The position numbers were made by a program, and so were the translations under genes. A DNA stretch of 64,000 nucleotides from an uncultured Candidatus Actinomarina sp. (GTDB lineage Bacteria > Actinomycetota > Acidimicrobiia > Actinomarinales > Actinomarinaceae): assembly GCA_902519845.1 (NCBI GenBank), contig CABYLQ010000001.1, forward strand, positions 345,808 to 409,807, written 5' to 3'. Under the pieces are notes generated by a model. That model was not told where the DNA came from and made no database searches. It was given only the letters and a program-made list of their open reading frames with translations. This document shows, piece by piece, positions 17,201 to 28,756 of the stretch. Position 1 is the stretch's first letter. The number at the start of each line of letters is the position of its first letter.

Positions 17201-18517
17201 TTGAAATATAAAGTAAAGAATGCAGGTGATTTTGAAAAGCAGCTCGATTTAAAAGTTGACTTTCAAGATCTTGATCAATATAAGAATGAAGCTATAAATA
17301 AAATATCTAAAAATTTGAATATAAAGGGTTTTAGGCCTGGAAAAATACCAGCAAACATAGTTACAAGGGAAGTCGGAGAAGATGCAATAAATGAAGAAGC
17401 AATTGAAATGTATCTTCCAGAAAATCTTTTCACAATTCTAAAAGATGAGGAATTAAATCCTGCCACTAGACCAGTCATAAAGAAGATTGAGAAGAAAGAT
17501 AAAAATTATGATATTGAGGTTTTAATTACTTTATGGCCTACGTTATCAAAACTTCCAAAGCTAGAGCAAGAAGTTGAAGTTGAATCAATCAAGCCAACCG
17601 ATGAAGAAATGGATGATCAGATAGATAGAGTAAGAACTCAATTTGCTGAAGTCTCAAAAGTAGAAAGGTCACTTGATAGTGGAGATTATGCTTTGATTAA
17701 TGTTTCTGCAAAGAAAAATAATGAAGAGCTTAAAGATTTTGCTTACAGTGATTATTTATATGAGGTAGGAACAAATATGTTAACACCCCAACTTGATTCT
17801 AAATTGATAGGTGTTTCACCCGGTGCAATCGTAAAACTAAACGATACTATTCCACAATTACAGATAGAAGATGCTGAGATAACTGTTTTGGTAAAAGAAG
17901 TAAGAGAAAAAATACTTCCAGACTTTACAGACGAGTGGGTATCAGACACAACAGAATTCGATGATATAAAAAACTTAAGAGAGGAACTCGAAAAAAATAT
18001 TGAGATGGTTAAAAAAAGACAAGTAGCTTCTCAATACCAGGGTGAACTAACAAATAAATTAATTGAAGAGGCAAAGATTGAACTACCAGAGCAATTAGTT
18101 ATTGCTGAGATGGACAGTATTCTTCAAAATTTTATAAATGAATTGGCTCAAAATAATATAAAAATGGAGGACTACTTTCAAGTTACTGGATTAACTGAAG
18201 AAGCTTTAAGAGATGACTTAAATAAGCAGGCTACAAGAAATTTAACCATGGTAGTAATTCTAGATAAAGTAATTGAAGAACTAGATATCAAATTAGAAGA
18301 AGAAGATACTGCACTTATTGATGAACATATAAAGACATTAGATAGCCTTGACGAGGTTGAAATCACTACTCGTAGATTAAATCTTGAAGCGGAATCACTC
18401 AGAAATAAAGCTATGTTGCATGTTTTAAAGTCAGGTAGCTCAGTAGACAAAAATGGTGAAAAAGTATATCTTCAAGATGTGTACAATCAAGATACAGATA
18501 CAAGAGAGGAAGAATAA
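17201..18517 (+). CDS. tig: Trigger factor (ribosome-associated chaperone/PPIase)
   Basis: Conserved GFRPGKIP motif in the N-terminal ribosome-binding domain. The start is revised to TTG 17201 (preceded by aggag RBS) because the ORF-table start 17138 lies inside tRNA-His. Confidence 0.82.
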   Translation: MKYKVKNAGDFEKQLDLKVDFQDLDQYKNEAINKISKNLNIKGFRPGKIPANIVTREVGEDAINEEAIEMYLPENLFTILKDEELNPATRPVIKKIEKKDKNYDIEVLITLWPTLSKLPKLEQEVEVESIKPTDEEMDDQIDRVRTQFAEVSKVERSLDSGDYALINVSAKKNNEELKDFAYSDYLYEVGTNMLTPQLDSKLIGVSPGAIVKLNDTIPQLQIEDAEITVLVKEVREKILPDFTDEWVSDTTEFDDIKNLREELEKNIEMVKKRQVASQYQGELTNKLIEEAKIELPEQLVIAEMDSILQNFINELAQNNIKMEDYFQVTGLTEEALRDDLNKQATRNLTMVVILDKVIEELDIKLEEEDTALIDEHIKTLDSLDEVEITTRRLNLEAESLRNKAMLHVLKSGSSVDKNGEKVYLQDVYNQDTDTREEE

Positions 18518-18518
18518 C

Positions 18519-19136
18519 ATGAAAAAAGAGCCTTCAAATTATGTTGTACCTACAGTTATTGAGAATACAAATAGAGGCGAGAGAGCTTTTGATATATATT
18601 CAAGGCTTTTAAAAGATAGAATTATATTTCTTGGCACACCAATTGATGATGGTGTAGCAAACCTTATAATGGCACAATTATTACATTTAGAATCTGAAGA
18701 TCCAGAAAAAGATATTTATATTTATATCAATTCACCTGGTGGCTCAATTACATCATTATTTGCAATCTATGACACAATGAAATACATCAAACCAGATGTT
18801 GCAACAGTGTGTATGGGACTTGCAGCCTCTGCTGGCGCAGTAATATTAGCCGGTGGAACACCTGGAAAAAGATACTCTCTTCCACATGCAAGAATAATGT
18901 TACATCAACCAGCTGGTGGTGCAGAAGGTACTTCAAAAGACATTGAAATTCAAGCAAAATTGATTACAGATATGAGAAATCAAATAAATGGTCTTTTGGC
19001 TGATTTTACTGATAAAGATGTAGAACAAATAGCTGTTGATACTGACAGAGATTTTTGGATGACCGCGCAAGAAGCGTTGGAATACGGTATAGTAGATGAA
19101 GTACTAACTCAAAGGGAGTTAGCAGACAAAAAATAA
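18519..19136 (+). CDS. clpP: ATP-dependent Clp protease proteolytic subunit
   Basis: Ser-His-Asp ClpP family signatures ([15 protein letters not shown]). Start ATG 18519 is 1 nt after the tig stop. Only one clpP copy in the window. Confidence 0.9.
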   Translation: MKKEPSNYVVPTVIENTNRGERAFDIYSRLLKDRIIFLGTPIDDGVANLIMAQLLHLESEDPEKDIYIYINSPGGSITSLFAIYDTMKYIKPDVATVCMGLAASAGAVILAGGTPGKRYSLPHARIMLHQPAGGAEGTSKDIEIQAKLITDMRNQINGLLADFTDKDVEQIAVDTDRDFWMTAQEALEYGIVDEVLTQRELADKK

Positions 19137-19152
19137 CGACAGGGTAGGTTTT

Positions 19153-20421
19153 ATGGCTAATAAAGAATCTTCTACTGATCCGTTAAAATGTAGTTTTTGT
19201 GGTAAATCACAAAAACAAGTAATCAAGCTCATCGCTGGTCCTGGCGTTTACATTTGCGACGAGTGTATTGAGCTTTGTGTTGAGATCGTTGAAGAAGAGA
19301 AAATTGAGACGCTCGAGTCAACTAGTGAGACACATTTACCACTACCAAAAGAAATTAACCATGCTTTGAATGAGTTTGTAATTGGACAATCTGAAGCAAA
19401 GAAAACACTTTCAGTCGCAGTTTACAATCACTACAAAAGAATATATAAAGATGATGCAAAAAGTGATGAACTTGAAATTCAAAAATCTAATGTTTTAATT
19501 CTTGGCCCTACAGGAAGTGGGAAAACTCTACTGGCTCAAACTTTAGCAAAAATTTTACAAGTACCCTTTGCAATAGCTGATGCAACAACTTTAACTGAAG
19601 CAGGTTATGTTGGAGAAGATGTAGAAAACATTTTACTTACGCTTATTCAAGCTGCTGATTTTGATATTGGTAAGGCTGAAAAAGGAATTATCTACATCGA
19701 TGAAATCGATAAAATTACTAGAAAATCTGACAACCCATCAATCACTAGAGATGTGTCAGGTGAAGGTGTACAGCAAGCTTTATTAAAAATCTTAGAGGGC
19801 ACGACTGCTCAAGTTCCTCCACAGGGCGGTAGAAAGCACCCTCAACAAGAATATTTACAAATTGATACCTCAAACATTTTGTTTATTGTTGGTGGAGCTT
19901 TTGATGGCCTAGATCAAATTATTGGTAAAAGACTTGGGGACAACTCAATTGGTTTTAACACGAGTCTGAGCAGTAAAGATGATGTAAATTTAAATACAAT
20001 TTATGACAATGTCGAGCCAAAAGACTTAAGACGATATGGCTTAATTCCAGAGTTTATTGGAAGATTACCTGTTGTTACTAGTGTTAATGAATTAGATAAA
20101 GATGCCTTAATAAAGATTCTAGTTGAACCAAAAAACGCAATAACAAAGCAATTTAAGAAAATCTTCGAGTTAGATGATGTTGAGCTTAGCTTTACCGATG
20201 GAGCTTTAGATGCAATGGCAGAGTTAGCCCTTGAAAGAAAAACTGGTGCAAGAGGTCTTAGATCAATAATCGAAAAATTACTTCTTGATGAAATGTTCGA
20301 AGCTCCCTCAAGAAAAGACATCGAAAAAATTATTATTGATAAAGAAAATGTGGTTGACGATATTCAACCTAAGATGGTTTTAAGACAGAGCAAAGATAAA
20401 AAAGACTCTAAACCAGCCTAA
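19153..20421 (+). CDS. clpX: ATP-dependent Clp protease ATP-binding subunit ClpX
   Basis: N-terminal C4 zinc finger (CSFCGK...CDEC), Walker A GPTGSGKT, sensor motifs. Confidence 0.92.
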   Translation: MANKESSTDPLKCSFCGKSQKQVIKLIAGPGVYICDECIELCVEIVEEEKIETLESTSETHLPLPKEINHALNEFVIGQSEAKKTLSVAVYNHYKRIYKDDAKSDELEIQKSNVLILGPTGSGKTLLAQTLAKILQVPFAIADATTLTEAGYVGEDVENILLTLIQAADFDIGKAEKGIIYIDEIDKITRKSDNPSITRDVSGEGVQQALLKILEGTTAQVPPQGGRKHPQQEYLQIDTSNILFIVGGAFDGLDQIIGKRLGDNSIGFNTSLSSKDDVNLNTIYDNVEPKDLRRYGLIPEFIGRLPVVTSVNELDKDALIKILVEPKNAITKQFKKIFELDDVELSFTDGALDAMAELALERKTGARGLRSIIEKLLLDEMFEAPSRKDIEKIIIDKENVVDDIQPKMVLRQSKDKKDSKPA

Positions 20422-20425
20422 ATTT

Positions 20426-23023
20426 ATGCTTGATGATTCATACGAACCACTAAGTATTGAAAAGAAATGGCAATCAGAGTGGGAATTAAAAAATCAATTT
20501 AAACCTGTTGAGTCTGATAAACAATTTTCGATCGTTATACCACCGCCCAATGTAACTGGTTCATTACACATGGGTCATGCTTTAGAACATTCAATTATTG
20601 ACGTAATAGTAAGAATCAAACGACTGCAAGGCTTTGAAACATTATGGGTGCCTGGTACAGATCATGCAGGTATTATCACTCAATTACTTGTTGAAAATGA
20701 ATTATCTGAAAAAGGTCTTACAAAAGAAGATGTTGGTCGTGAAAACTTTATATCAAAAGTATGGGAATGGAAAGAAGCATCGGGTGAAAATATTTCGAGC
20801 CAAATGAAAAAACTTGGTATGAGTTGTGATTGGTCTCGTGAAAGATTCACAATGGATGAAGGACTATCAAATGCTGTACGAGAAGTTTTTGTAGGACTTT
20901 ACGATTCAGGTCTTATTTATAAAGGTTCCCGAATGGTTAATTGGGATACAAAATTAATGTCAGCAGTATCTGATTTGGAAGTAAATCTTGATGAAGAAAT
21001 GGGTAAGTTGTGGAGTGTTAAATATCAGTGTGGGGATGACTTCATTACAATAGCGACAACAAGACCTGAAACGATACTTGCTGATACCGCAGTTGCTGTA
21101 AATCCAGATGATGAGAGATATAAAAAATTTATAGGTAAAAAAGCAATAATTCCAATTGTTAATAGAGAAGTCCCAATAATTGCAGATGATTATGTAGATC
21201 AAGATTTTGGCTCCGGGTGTGTAAAAATTACCCCTGCCCATGATTTCAACGATTATGAAATAGGCGTAAACCATGATCTAGAAATAATTTCTTGTATGAA
21301 ATTAGATGGAACAATGTCAGATGACGAATTCATGCCTGAGTCCTACAGAAGCTTAGATAGGTTTGCAGCTAGGGAAAAAATAATTCAAGAATTAGAAGAA
21401 CTTGGGCAACTAGTAGCGATTGATGAACACACTATTCAACTTCCAAAAGGGGACAGGTCAAAAAGTATTCTAGAGCCAATGATTACTGATCAATGGTTTG
21501 TAAAGACTAAAGAGCTTGCTGATAGAGGAATAGCAGAAGTTGAAAATGACAATATGAAGTTTATTCCTAAGAACTGGGAGAAAACTTACTTTGAATGGAT
21601 GTACAACATTCAAGATTGGTGCATATCAAGACAGATTTGGTGGGGGCATCAAATTCCTGCTTGGTATGATGATGAAGGTAAAATTTATGTTGCCTCAACA
21701 GAAGAAGAGGTAAGAACAAAATATAATCTTTCAGAAACAATACAACTTACTCAAGATAAAGATGTCTTGGACACTTGGTTTTCATCTGCTCTCTGGCCAT
21801 TTTCTACACTTGGATGGCCTGAAGATAATAATGATATGAGCAAATATTATCCAACATCACTACTTGTAACAGGATTCGATATTATCTTTTTCTGGGTAGC
21901 AAGGATGATCATGATGGGACTTAATTTTAATGATGATGTGCCCTTCAAAGATATATTGATTCATGGACTGGTCAGGGACTCAAAAGGAAGAAAAATGTCA
22001 AAAAGTCTCAAAAACACAATTGACCCTCTTGAGCTTTCTGAAAAACATGGAGCAGATGCTCTGAGATTTTCCTTAATAGAAAAAGCAGCACCAGGACAGG
22101 ATGTTCCTTTTGATGAAGAGTGGACAATTGCCGCAAAAAAATTTGCTAACAAGCTTTGGAACGGTGCAAAGTTTGTACATATGTACTCTCCAAATGATTT
22201 ACAAGACAAAGAATTAGAAGAGATTAATTGTCCAGAAAATAAATGGATAATCAATAAATTTAACGCAGTGTTAATTGAATTCAATGAACTCTTTGAAAAA
22301 TATAAAATTTCTGATGCTTATAAATTGATTTACAACTTTATTTGGTCAGATTTATTTGATTGGTATTTTGAATTTTCTAAAAATTTAATTAATGACGATG
22401 AAACAAAAAATGAAACAATGTTTGTATTGAGATCTGTATTTCTTAAAAGTATAAAGATACTAAATCCTGCCATGCCTCATGTGACTGAAGAAATTTGGTC
22501 AACATTCGATGATAGTTTGTTAATCAACAATTCATGGCCTGAAACCTACAAAGAAAGTAATGATGTAAAAAGTGATATTGTCGAAAATTTAAAAGAGATT
22601 ATTTCTCAAATCAGAAATTTTAAAGCAACTTATCAATTTAAAAATAAAGACATTTTAAAAATCAATGCTAAAAAAGAAGTTGAAGATTGGTTCTGTAATC
22701 AACTTGAAAAAATTGGAAATATTGAATTCAGTCAGGCTGATGATGATGGAAATAATCAAAAACAGATAATATTTCAATCGGGTGATTTAGAATTCTTCCT
22801 TTTTGCCGATGACTATATTGATATTGATATTGAGATTAAAAAACTAAATAAAAAAATTGATAATCTAGAAAAAACACTCTCCGTCTCAAAATCTCGTTTA
22901 GAAAATGAGAAGTTTGTTCAGAACGCTAAAGAAGAGCTTATTCAAAAAGAAAAGCAAAATATTCTAGATGTAGAAAACGAAGTTAAACTTTTGAAAGAGA
23001 CACGGGATCAATTCAGTGTCTAA
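20426..23023 (+). CDS. valS: Valine--tRNA ligase
   Basis: 865 aa class I aaRS; HMGH (PPPNVTGSLHMGHA) and KMSKS motifs; C-terminal coiled coil. Confidence 0.92.
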   Translation: MLDDSYEPLSIEKKWQSEWELKNQFKPVESDKQFSIVIPPPNVTGSLHMGHALEHSIIDVIVRIKRLQGFETLWVPGTDHAGIITQLLVENELSEKGLTKEDVGRENFISKVWEWKEASGENISSQMKKLGMSCDWSRERFTMDEGLSNAVREVFVGLYDSGLIYKGSRMVNWDTKLMSAVSDLEVNLDEEMGKLWSVKYQCGDDFITIATTRPETILADTAVAVNPDDERYKKFIGKKAIIPIVNREVPIIADDYVDQDFGSGCVKITPAHDFNDYEIGVNHDLEIISCMKLDGTMSDDEFMPESYRSLDRFAAREKIIQELEELGQLVAIDEHTIQLPKGDRSKSILEPMITDQWFVKTKELADRGIAEVENDNMKFIPKNWEKTYFEWMYNIQDWCISRQIWWGHQIPAWYDDEGKIYVASTEEEVRTKYNLSETIQLTQDKDVLDTWFSSALWPFSTLGWPEDNNDMSKYYPTSLLVTGFDIIFFWVARMIMMGLNFNDDVPFKDILIHGLVRDSKGRKMSKSLKNTIDPLELSEKHGADALRFSLIEKAAPGQDVPFDEEWTIAAKKFANKLWNGAKFVHMYSPNDLQDKELEEINCPENKWIINKFNAVLIEFNELFEKYKISDAYKLIYNFIWSDLFDWYFEFSKNLINDDETKNETMFVLRSVFLKSIKILNPAMPHVTEEIWSTFDDSLLINNSWPETYKESNDVKSDIVENLKEIISQIRNFKATYQFKNKDILKINAKKEVEDWFCNQLEKIGNIEFSQADDDGNNQKQIIFQSGDLEFFLFADDYIDIDIEIKKLNKKIDNLEKTLSVSKSRLENEKFVQNAKEELIQKEKQNILDVENEVKLLKETRDQFSV

Positions 23024-24194
23024 TGAATTTGATAAATATTTAAACTCAAAAATAGGTAAAAAAAATAAAAATTTAGATATTCTTCATAATTTTTTTGAAA
23101 AAAATCAATTAAAAATTCTCCAAGAAAGATCAGTTTCCATTGTTGGTACTAATGGAAAAACATCATGTTCCTTTTTTTTGAATGAACTATTAAGAAAAAA
23201 TAATGTCGCAACATGTACGTTTACTTCACCACATTTGGTAAAAGTCAACGAGCGAATAAAAATTAATAATAATGACATTTCGGATAAAGAACTATCTTTT
23301 TATTTAGATCAGTTAATTAAATTTGAAGAAGAAAACAACATTGAATTCGCATATTTTGAAGTACTCTTTCTCATTGCTTGTCTCCATTTTATTCAATTAG
23401 ATCTTAATATTTTTATTGTTGAGGCTGGTATTGGAGGTATGTACGATACAACATCATTTATTAATGCTGATACCGTTTGTATAACAAATGTTGGTCTTGA
23501 CCATACAGAATTGCTTGGAAATACATTAGATGAAATTTTTATTCAAAAAATCAACATATCAGAAAATCCGAAACAAATAATTTTTGGAGAATATGATTTA
23601 TACAAAAGACATGAAAATTATGTACACAATAATTTTGAAATAGATGAAGAAGCAATTTTTTTTAATGATCACCAAGCTCTAAGCACCTCATCAATTGACT
23701 ATGAAATGGTTAATTTTTCTACATCACTACAAGTATTAGGTGCTATTTCATATCTTTTTGATGCAAAAAATGAAACAAATAACTACTCATTAGATGATTT
23801 CAAAAAGATACCGGGAAGATTTGAAATAGTATCAATAGAACCATTAAAAATTATTGATGGTGCTCATAATGTTGAAAGCTTGCATGCTTTACTTAGCTTT
23901 TGTAGTTCTAATTCTGAAATAAAAGGGTTCGATATTTACATTGGTATGAAAAAGGATAAAAAAACAATTGAATTTATAAAAAGGATTGCAAAAGAAAAAT
24001 TTTTAAATATTTTTCTTATTGAAGATAATTCATTCTTTGCTCAAGAAAACAAAAAAGTTTTTGAAGATTTTTTGAATTCCAACGATATTTCATTTAATAC
24101 TCGGACAATTAAAGATTTTAATCTTTCAAAGAATCCATCTATATTAACGGGAAGTTTATATTTAGTTGGAGAATATAAAAAGGAATACACATGA
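23016..24194 (+). CDS. folC: Folylpolyglutamate synthase / dihydrofolate synthase (Mur ligase family)
   Basis: P-loop IVGTNGKTS; Mur-ligase middle domain. Conserved position after valS in Actinobacteria. Confidence 0.78.
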   Translation: MSNEFDKYLNSKIGKKNKNLDILHNFFEKNQLKILQERSVSIVGTNGKTSCSFFLNELLRKNNVATCTFTSPHLVKVNERIKINNNDISDKELSFYLDQLIKFEEENNIEFAYFEVLFLIACLHFIQLDLNIFIVEAGIGGMYDTTSFINADTVCITNVGLDHTELLGNTLDEIFIQKINISENPKQIIFGEYDLYKRHENYVHNNFEIDEEAIFFNDHQALSTSSIDYEMVNFSTSLQVLGAISYLFDAKNETNNYSLDDFKKIPGRFEIVSIEPLKIIDGAHNVESLHALLSFCSSNSEIKGFDIYIGMKKDKKTIEFIKRIAKEKFLNIFLIEDNSFFAQENKKVFEDFLNSNDISFNTRTIKDFNLSKNPSILTGSLYLVGEYKKEYT

Positions 24195-24589
24195 AAACTT
24201 TTTTTATGGTTAAGCCAGACGGAGTAAAAAGAAATATCGTAGGTCAAGTCATTGATAGAGTTGAACAAGAAGGTTTTAAAATCTCGAAGATGAAAATGAT
24301 GACAATAAGTAGTGAGTTAGCTGAAGAACATTACGGAGAGCATAAAGACAAACCTTTCTTTCAAGATTTAGTCTCATTTATTACCAGTGGTCCTGTTGTA
24401 GCAATGGAGGTTGAAGGGGAAGATGTAGTCAGTGAAGTAAGAAGGATTATGGGTGCAACAAATCCTTCAGATGCAGACCCTGGAACAATAAGAGCAGATT
24501 TTGCTACCAAATTAGAGGAAAATGTTGTTCATGGTTCAGATTCAGAAGAAAGCGCTGAAAGAGAATTAGGCCTTTTCTTCAACAATTAA
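24191..24589 (+). CDS. ndk: Nucleoside diphosphate kinase
   Basis: 132 aa; NDK signatures (FFMVKPDGV; NVVHGSD). Confidence 0.92.
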   Translation: MKTFFMVKPDGVKRNIVGQVIDRVEQEGFKISKMKMMTISSELAEEHYGEHKDKPFFQDLVSFITSGPVVAMEVEGEDVVSEVRRIMGATNPSDADPGTIRADFATKLEENVVHGSDSEESAERELGLFFNN

Positions 24590-24633
24590 ATTTTTATTTT
24601 ACTTGATTATTGAGTCTATTAGTCTGGATATAC

Positions 24634-25677
24634 ATGGCTGGTTTTAATTTAAGACGTTCACTTTTTGGCGGTAATGATATTGCTATCGATTTAGGTACCG
24701 CAAATACTCTCATTTACGTAAAAGGTGTTGGAGTAATGGTTGACGAACCTACTCTTATTGCAGTGAATAAAGAGGACGGATCTATATTGACAGTTGGTGA
24801 GGAAGCAAAAAATCTTGTAGGAAGGGTCCCTGACTCAATCCAACTTATCAAGCCTCTAAGAGATGGAGTTATTTCTGAAATCGAGATGGCAGAAGAGTTA
24901 GTAAAGACATTATTAACTCGTGCAATAGGGAGGTCCTACACTAGTCCGAGAATTGTTATGTGTGTACCAAATGGAGTTACTAGCGTTGAACAAAGATCAA
25001 TTGAAACAGCTGCTCATGCGACTGGTGCCTCTGAAGTTTTTACAGTGGAAGAACCTATGGCTGCAGCCATAGGGGCTGGATTACAAATATATGAACCTTT
25101 TGGAAATATGGTAATTGATATAGGTGGAGGAACTACTGAAATTGCTGTTATTTCCATGGGTGATATTGTAAACGCAAATTCAGTACGAGTAGGTGGAGAA
25201 GATATGACTGACCGACTAATTGAATGGTTAAGAGCAGAACATTCTATGTTAGTTGATGAAGGGATTGCAGAGTCCTTAAAACATGCAGTAGGTTCTGCCT
25301 ATCAATTTGATAAAGAACCTCAAGTAACTGTTACTGGCCGTGATATAGTCAAAGGTGTACCTAAGCAAGTGCTTTTAGAAGCTTCTGATGTCAGACAAGC
25401 TTTAAGTCCTGTTGTTCAAGAAATAATTGAAGCTGTGAGAGTTTCTTTATCTCAAACACCACCAGCTTTAGTTTCTGATATCGATAAATATGGAGCATGG
25501 CTTACAGGTGGTGGATCGTTACTTAAACAAATAGATAGAAAAATTGCTGAGGACCTTGGTATACCTATAAACATGACAGAGGATCCGTTAAGTACTGTGG
25601 TTGTAGGTTCAGGAATTTGTCTTGAGAGATTCGCTGATTATAAATCAGTATTAAAATCATCTCCAAAACCTAACTAA
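24634..25677 (+). CDS. mreB: Rod-shape determining actin homologue MreB
   Basis: Actin-fold phosphate motifs (IDLGTANT; DIGGGTTE). Start ATG 24634. Confidence 0.9.
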   Translation: MAGFNLRRSLFGGNDIAIDLGTANTLIYVKGVGVMVDEPTLIAVNKEDGSILTVGEEAKNLVGRVPDSIQLIKPLRDGVISEIEMAEELVKTLLTRAIGRSYTSPRIVMCVPNGVTSVEQRSIETAAHATGASEVFTVEEPMAAAIGAGLQIYEPFGNMVIDIGGGTTEIAVISMGDIVNANSVRVGGEDMTDRLIEWLRAEHSMLVDEGIAESLKHAVGSAYQFDKEPQVTVTGRDIVKGVPKQVLLEASDVRQALSPVVQEIIEAVRVSLSQTPPALVSDIDKYGAWLTGGGSLLKQIDRKIAEDLGIPINMTEDPLSTVVVGSGICLERFADYKSVLKSSPKPN

Positions 25678-25679
25678 AG

Positions 25680-26483
25680 ATGAGAGATGCTAATTTAACA
25701 GCGAGAAATTACATAATTTATATCATTTTTGTATTTTTTTCTTTTTCATTAATGGTTTTAGATTTTTTTTCAAATCAAGAAATTTCTACAACAATTTCGA
25801 AAAGAATAAACTTCTTAGTTCCTTCTGATATAAATTTTAATGAATATTTTGAATTTTTTAATTCCGATTTATTTCAAACGAGAAATAATTTAATTAATGA
25901 AAACGTCCGTTTGAAAAATGAAATTTTAGAACTTAGAGAATTAAGAGTTGAAAATGATTTGTTAAAAGAAGAATTAGAATCAAACCAAAATCTGATTGAA
26001 TCAGTTGATGTTTTTAATTACTTTTACATCAAAACATCACCATTTATGAGAAATCAAGAAAACCATTACCTTGTTTCAGGTGGCTATGATAAAAATTTTG
26101 TTAAAAATGATATAGTTATTAATGAAGAGGGATTTGTCATTGGATTCGTCGATAAAATTTTTCAAAATCATTCAGAAGTTATTTTTATTTATGATAGTGA
26201 ATTTTCGATGCCCGCAATTGATAAGTTTGGAAATGAGTATTTAGTAGAAAATAGTGGAGAGGAGTTGTTGATCTACACAACATCTGTAAATGAATTAACC
26301 TCAAATATTGACTTTATATTTACAGATTCAAAATTTGATCAACCATCGAGGTTTCCAATACTTTCATTAAACGAGATAAATGTGACAGTTGATGAAAACA
26401 AAATATCTACATCTCTTGAAATAGAAGATGTTAACTTTTCCTTTACTGATATCTATGTAGTTAAAGCAAATGATTTACCTTAG
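25680..26483 (+). CDS. mreC: Rod shape-determining protein MreC (divergent)
   Basis: N-terminal TM helix, then coiled coil (NENVRLKNEILELRELRVENDLLKEELE), then beta-rich C-terminal domain. Synteny mreB-mreC-mreD-mrdA-rodA. Confidence 0.55.
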   Translation: MRDANLTARNYIIYIIFVFFSFSLMVLDFFSNQEISTTISKRINFLVPSDINFNEYFEFFNSDLFQTRNNLINENVRLKNEILELRELRVENDLLKEELESNQNLIESVDVFNYFYIKTSPFMRNQENHYLVSGGYDKNFVKNDIVINEEGFVIGFVDKIFQNHSEVIFIYDSEFSMPAIDKFGNEYLVENSGEELLIYTTSVNELTSNIDFIFTDSKFDQPSRFPILSLNEINVTVDENKISTSLEIEDVNFSFTDIYVVKANDLP

Positions 26484-26940
26484 AAATATATTAAATATCT
26501 TATTTTTTGTTCTTTTACTTTTTTCTGAACTATTAATTAATACAATATTTGTGTTTGAATATGTTCTATTTATGCCTTTTTACATTGCACTTTTCTTCGT
26601 ATCAACAAGAAGGTTTTCAAATTTTTATATATCGATTTTTTTGGTTGCAGGAATTTATTATGACACATTATTTTCATCAAATATTTTAGGTTTCACCAGT
26701 GCAAAATTTTTGATAACGTGTGTCATATTAAATTTTCTAACAAATAACCAAAGCAAAAATACTTTGCAGGACTTAGCCGCTTTTGTAGTAGGAGTATTCT
26801 TTTATAGTTTCACTTACTCTTTTGATTTTCTTCAACCCCAGTTCTTGTACCTTCTTTTAATATCATCATTAGTCAATTACTTTTTATTTAGAATTTTGAA
26901 CATTACCATAGAGAAAAATGTTCTTAAACAAAAGATATAA
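26470..26940 (+). CDS. mreD: Rod shape-determining protein MreD (polytopic membrane protein)
   Basis: 156 aa with ~5 hydrophobic helices; position between mreC and the PBP2 gene. Confidence 0.5.
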   Translation: MIYLRNILNILFFVLLLFSELLINTIFVFEYVLFMPFYIALFFVSTRRFSNFYISIFLVAGIYYDTLFSSNILGFTSAKFLITCVILNFLTNNQSKNTLQDLAAFVVGVFFYSFTYSFDFLQPQFLYLLLISSLVNYFLFRILNITIEKNVLKQKI

Positions 26941-28756
26941 TGTATATGCTTTATTTTTAGTCGGATTATTTATATATATAATTTCATTTCTATTTGACCT
27001 ACAAGTTCTATCAAGAGAAGAGGCTTTAAGTGATATTGATAACCAAACACTGGATACTTTTTATATCACTCCGCCCAGGGGAGACATACTTGATATCAAC
27101 AGTGAACGGCTTGCTACCTCCTCTATGGAACCACATTTATTTCTGAACCTAAGAAAAATAGATGATGATAATTTAGAATTTTATGAACAATTTATTAAAT
27201 ATAATTTTCCTGAACTTGAAGAAGATGATCTAGTAAATCTCTTTTTGGATAGAAGAAATATTCAAATAATTGAAAATATTAGTGATTTTACTGCGACAGA
27301 AAGGCAGAAACTTCTTGAACTAGATGCATTTGAAATATTTGACTTTCCAATAAGAATATATAATTATGACAACCTCACCTCTCATGTCATTGGATATGTC
27401 GGCAGGCCAACTTCAGATGATTTTCAAGAATTTCCACATACAAAACAAACATTGCAAGTAGGTAAGAATGGACTTGAAAAATATTATGAAGATACTCTAA
27501 CTGGAACACCTGGAGAAATAACATTTAGAGGAAGTGACATTATTGAATATATCCCACCTACAAAAGGTCAAAACATTAATATTTCTCTAAATATAGATAC
27601 GCAACGGGTTGTTAAAGAATCCTTATTGCAGGGTATTGAACTAGCAAATGAAAATGAGGATACTCTCGATGAAGTTATAAGAAGTGCTTCTATCGTTCTA
27701 GATGTAAATACTGGTGAAATTGTCTCAATGGTATCGATTCCTGACTTTAATCCTAATCAATTTATAGATGGAATATCTAATCAAGAATATGAAAAATTAA
27801 ACAGGATACAAGCATTTAATAACTTTGCAATACAAGGACTTTATCCTCCTGGCTCAGTATTTAAGGTTGTTTCATATTGGCTCGCAGAAAATGAAGGTCT
27901 TTTTCCAGAAGGTTTAAATTCTAGGAGGGGGCGTATAGATTGTGAAGGAAGTTTGTCATTTGGTTTCGATGATGGATCTCAACAAGTTTATCAAGACTGG
28001 AAAGAAGATGGACATGGAAGGGTAAATCTAAGCTCTGCAATGCAACAATCTTGTAATGTATATTTTTGGGATATAGCTTTAAAAATTTGGAGAACGTATG
28101 AGGGAACTGAAAGTGAGTCAATACTTCAGGACTATGCCCGAAATTTAGGTTTCGGTGAATTAACAAATATAGATTTACCATTTGAAAGAAATGGAATTAT
28201 TCCTGATAGAGAAGTTTTTGAAGAATGGACTATAAGCCGACCAGATTTAGTCAGACCTGAAGGATGGTTAGGTGGAGATTTGATGAATTTAATCATAGGA
28301 CAAGGTGCAATTACAGTAACGCCAATACAAGTGGCAAATGCATATAAAACTCTTTTGACATCAACTTCTTCAAGTCCTTATTTAAATATCTCTGTGTCTG
28401 ATAACCTTAAATTAAAAAAATATAATATCTCAAATGAGTTGGTTACTTTTCTAAAAAATGATTTAAATCTTGTGACAAACAAAAGTGGTACTGCATACGC
28501 TGCTTTTGAAATTATGGGAAGAAAAGCAAACGACATAGGAGGAAAGACAGGAACTGCACAGAACCCTGGTGAAAAAAATAACACATCTTGGTTCGTAGGA
28601 ATTGACTCTGTTAAAAATCCAAATCATGTAATAGTAACTGTTGTCGAAGAAGGTGGATCGGGTAGTGCCATCGCAGCACCTATTAGTAGGAGAATTATTC
28701 AACATCTAATTGGCTCAGATTTAACTCCTGTAAAGTATGGAGAGATTACAGAATGA
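26918..28756 (+). CDS. mrdA: Penicillin-binding protein 2 (elongasome transpeptidase)
   Basis: SxxK (GSVFK), SxN (SCN) and KTG (KTGTA) transpeptidase motifs; N-terminal TM anchor. Confidence 0.82.
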   Translation: MFLNKRYNVYALFLVGLFIYIISFLFDLQVLSREEALSDIDNQTLDTFYITPPRGDILDINSERLATSSMEPHLFLNLRKIDDDNLEFYEQFIKYNFPELEEDDLVNLFLDRRNIQIIENISDFTATERQKLLELDAFEIFDFPIRIYNYDNLTSHVIGYVGRPTSDDFQEFPHTKQTLQVGKNGLEKYYEDTLTGTPGEITFRGSDIIEYIPPTKGQNINISLNIDTQRVVKESLLQGIELANENEDTLDEVIRSASIVLDVNTGEIVSMVSIPDFNPNQFIDGISNQEYEKLNRIQAFNNFAIQGLYPPGSVFKVVSYWLAENEGLFPEGLNSRRGRIDCEGSLSFGFDDGSQQVYQDWKEDGHGRVNLSSAMQQSCNVYFWDIALKIWRTYEGTESESILQDYARNLGFGELTNIDLPFERNGIIPDREVFEEWTISRPDLVRPEGWLGGDLMNLIIGQGAITVTPIQVANAYKTLLTSTSSSPYLNISVSDNLKLKKYNISNELVTFLKNDLNLVTNKSGTAYAAFEIMGRKANDIGGKTGTAQNPGEKNNTSWFVGIDSVKNPNHVIVTVVEEGGSGSAIAAPISRRIIQHLIGSDLTPVKYGEITE

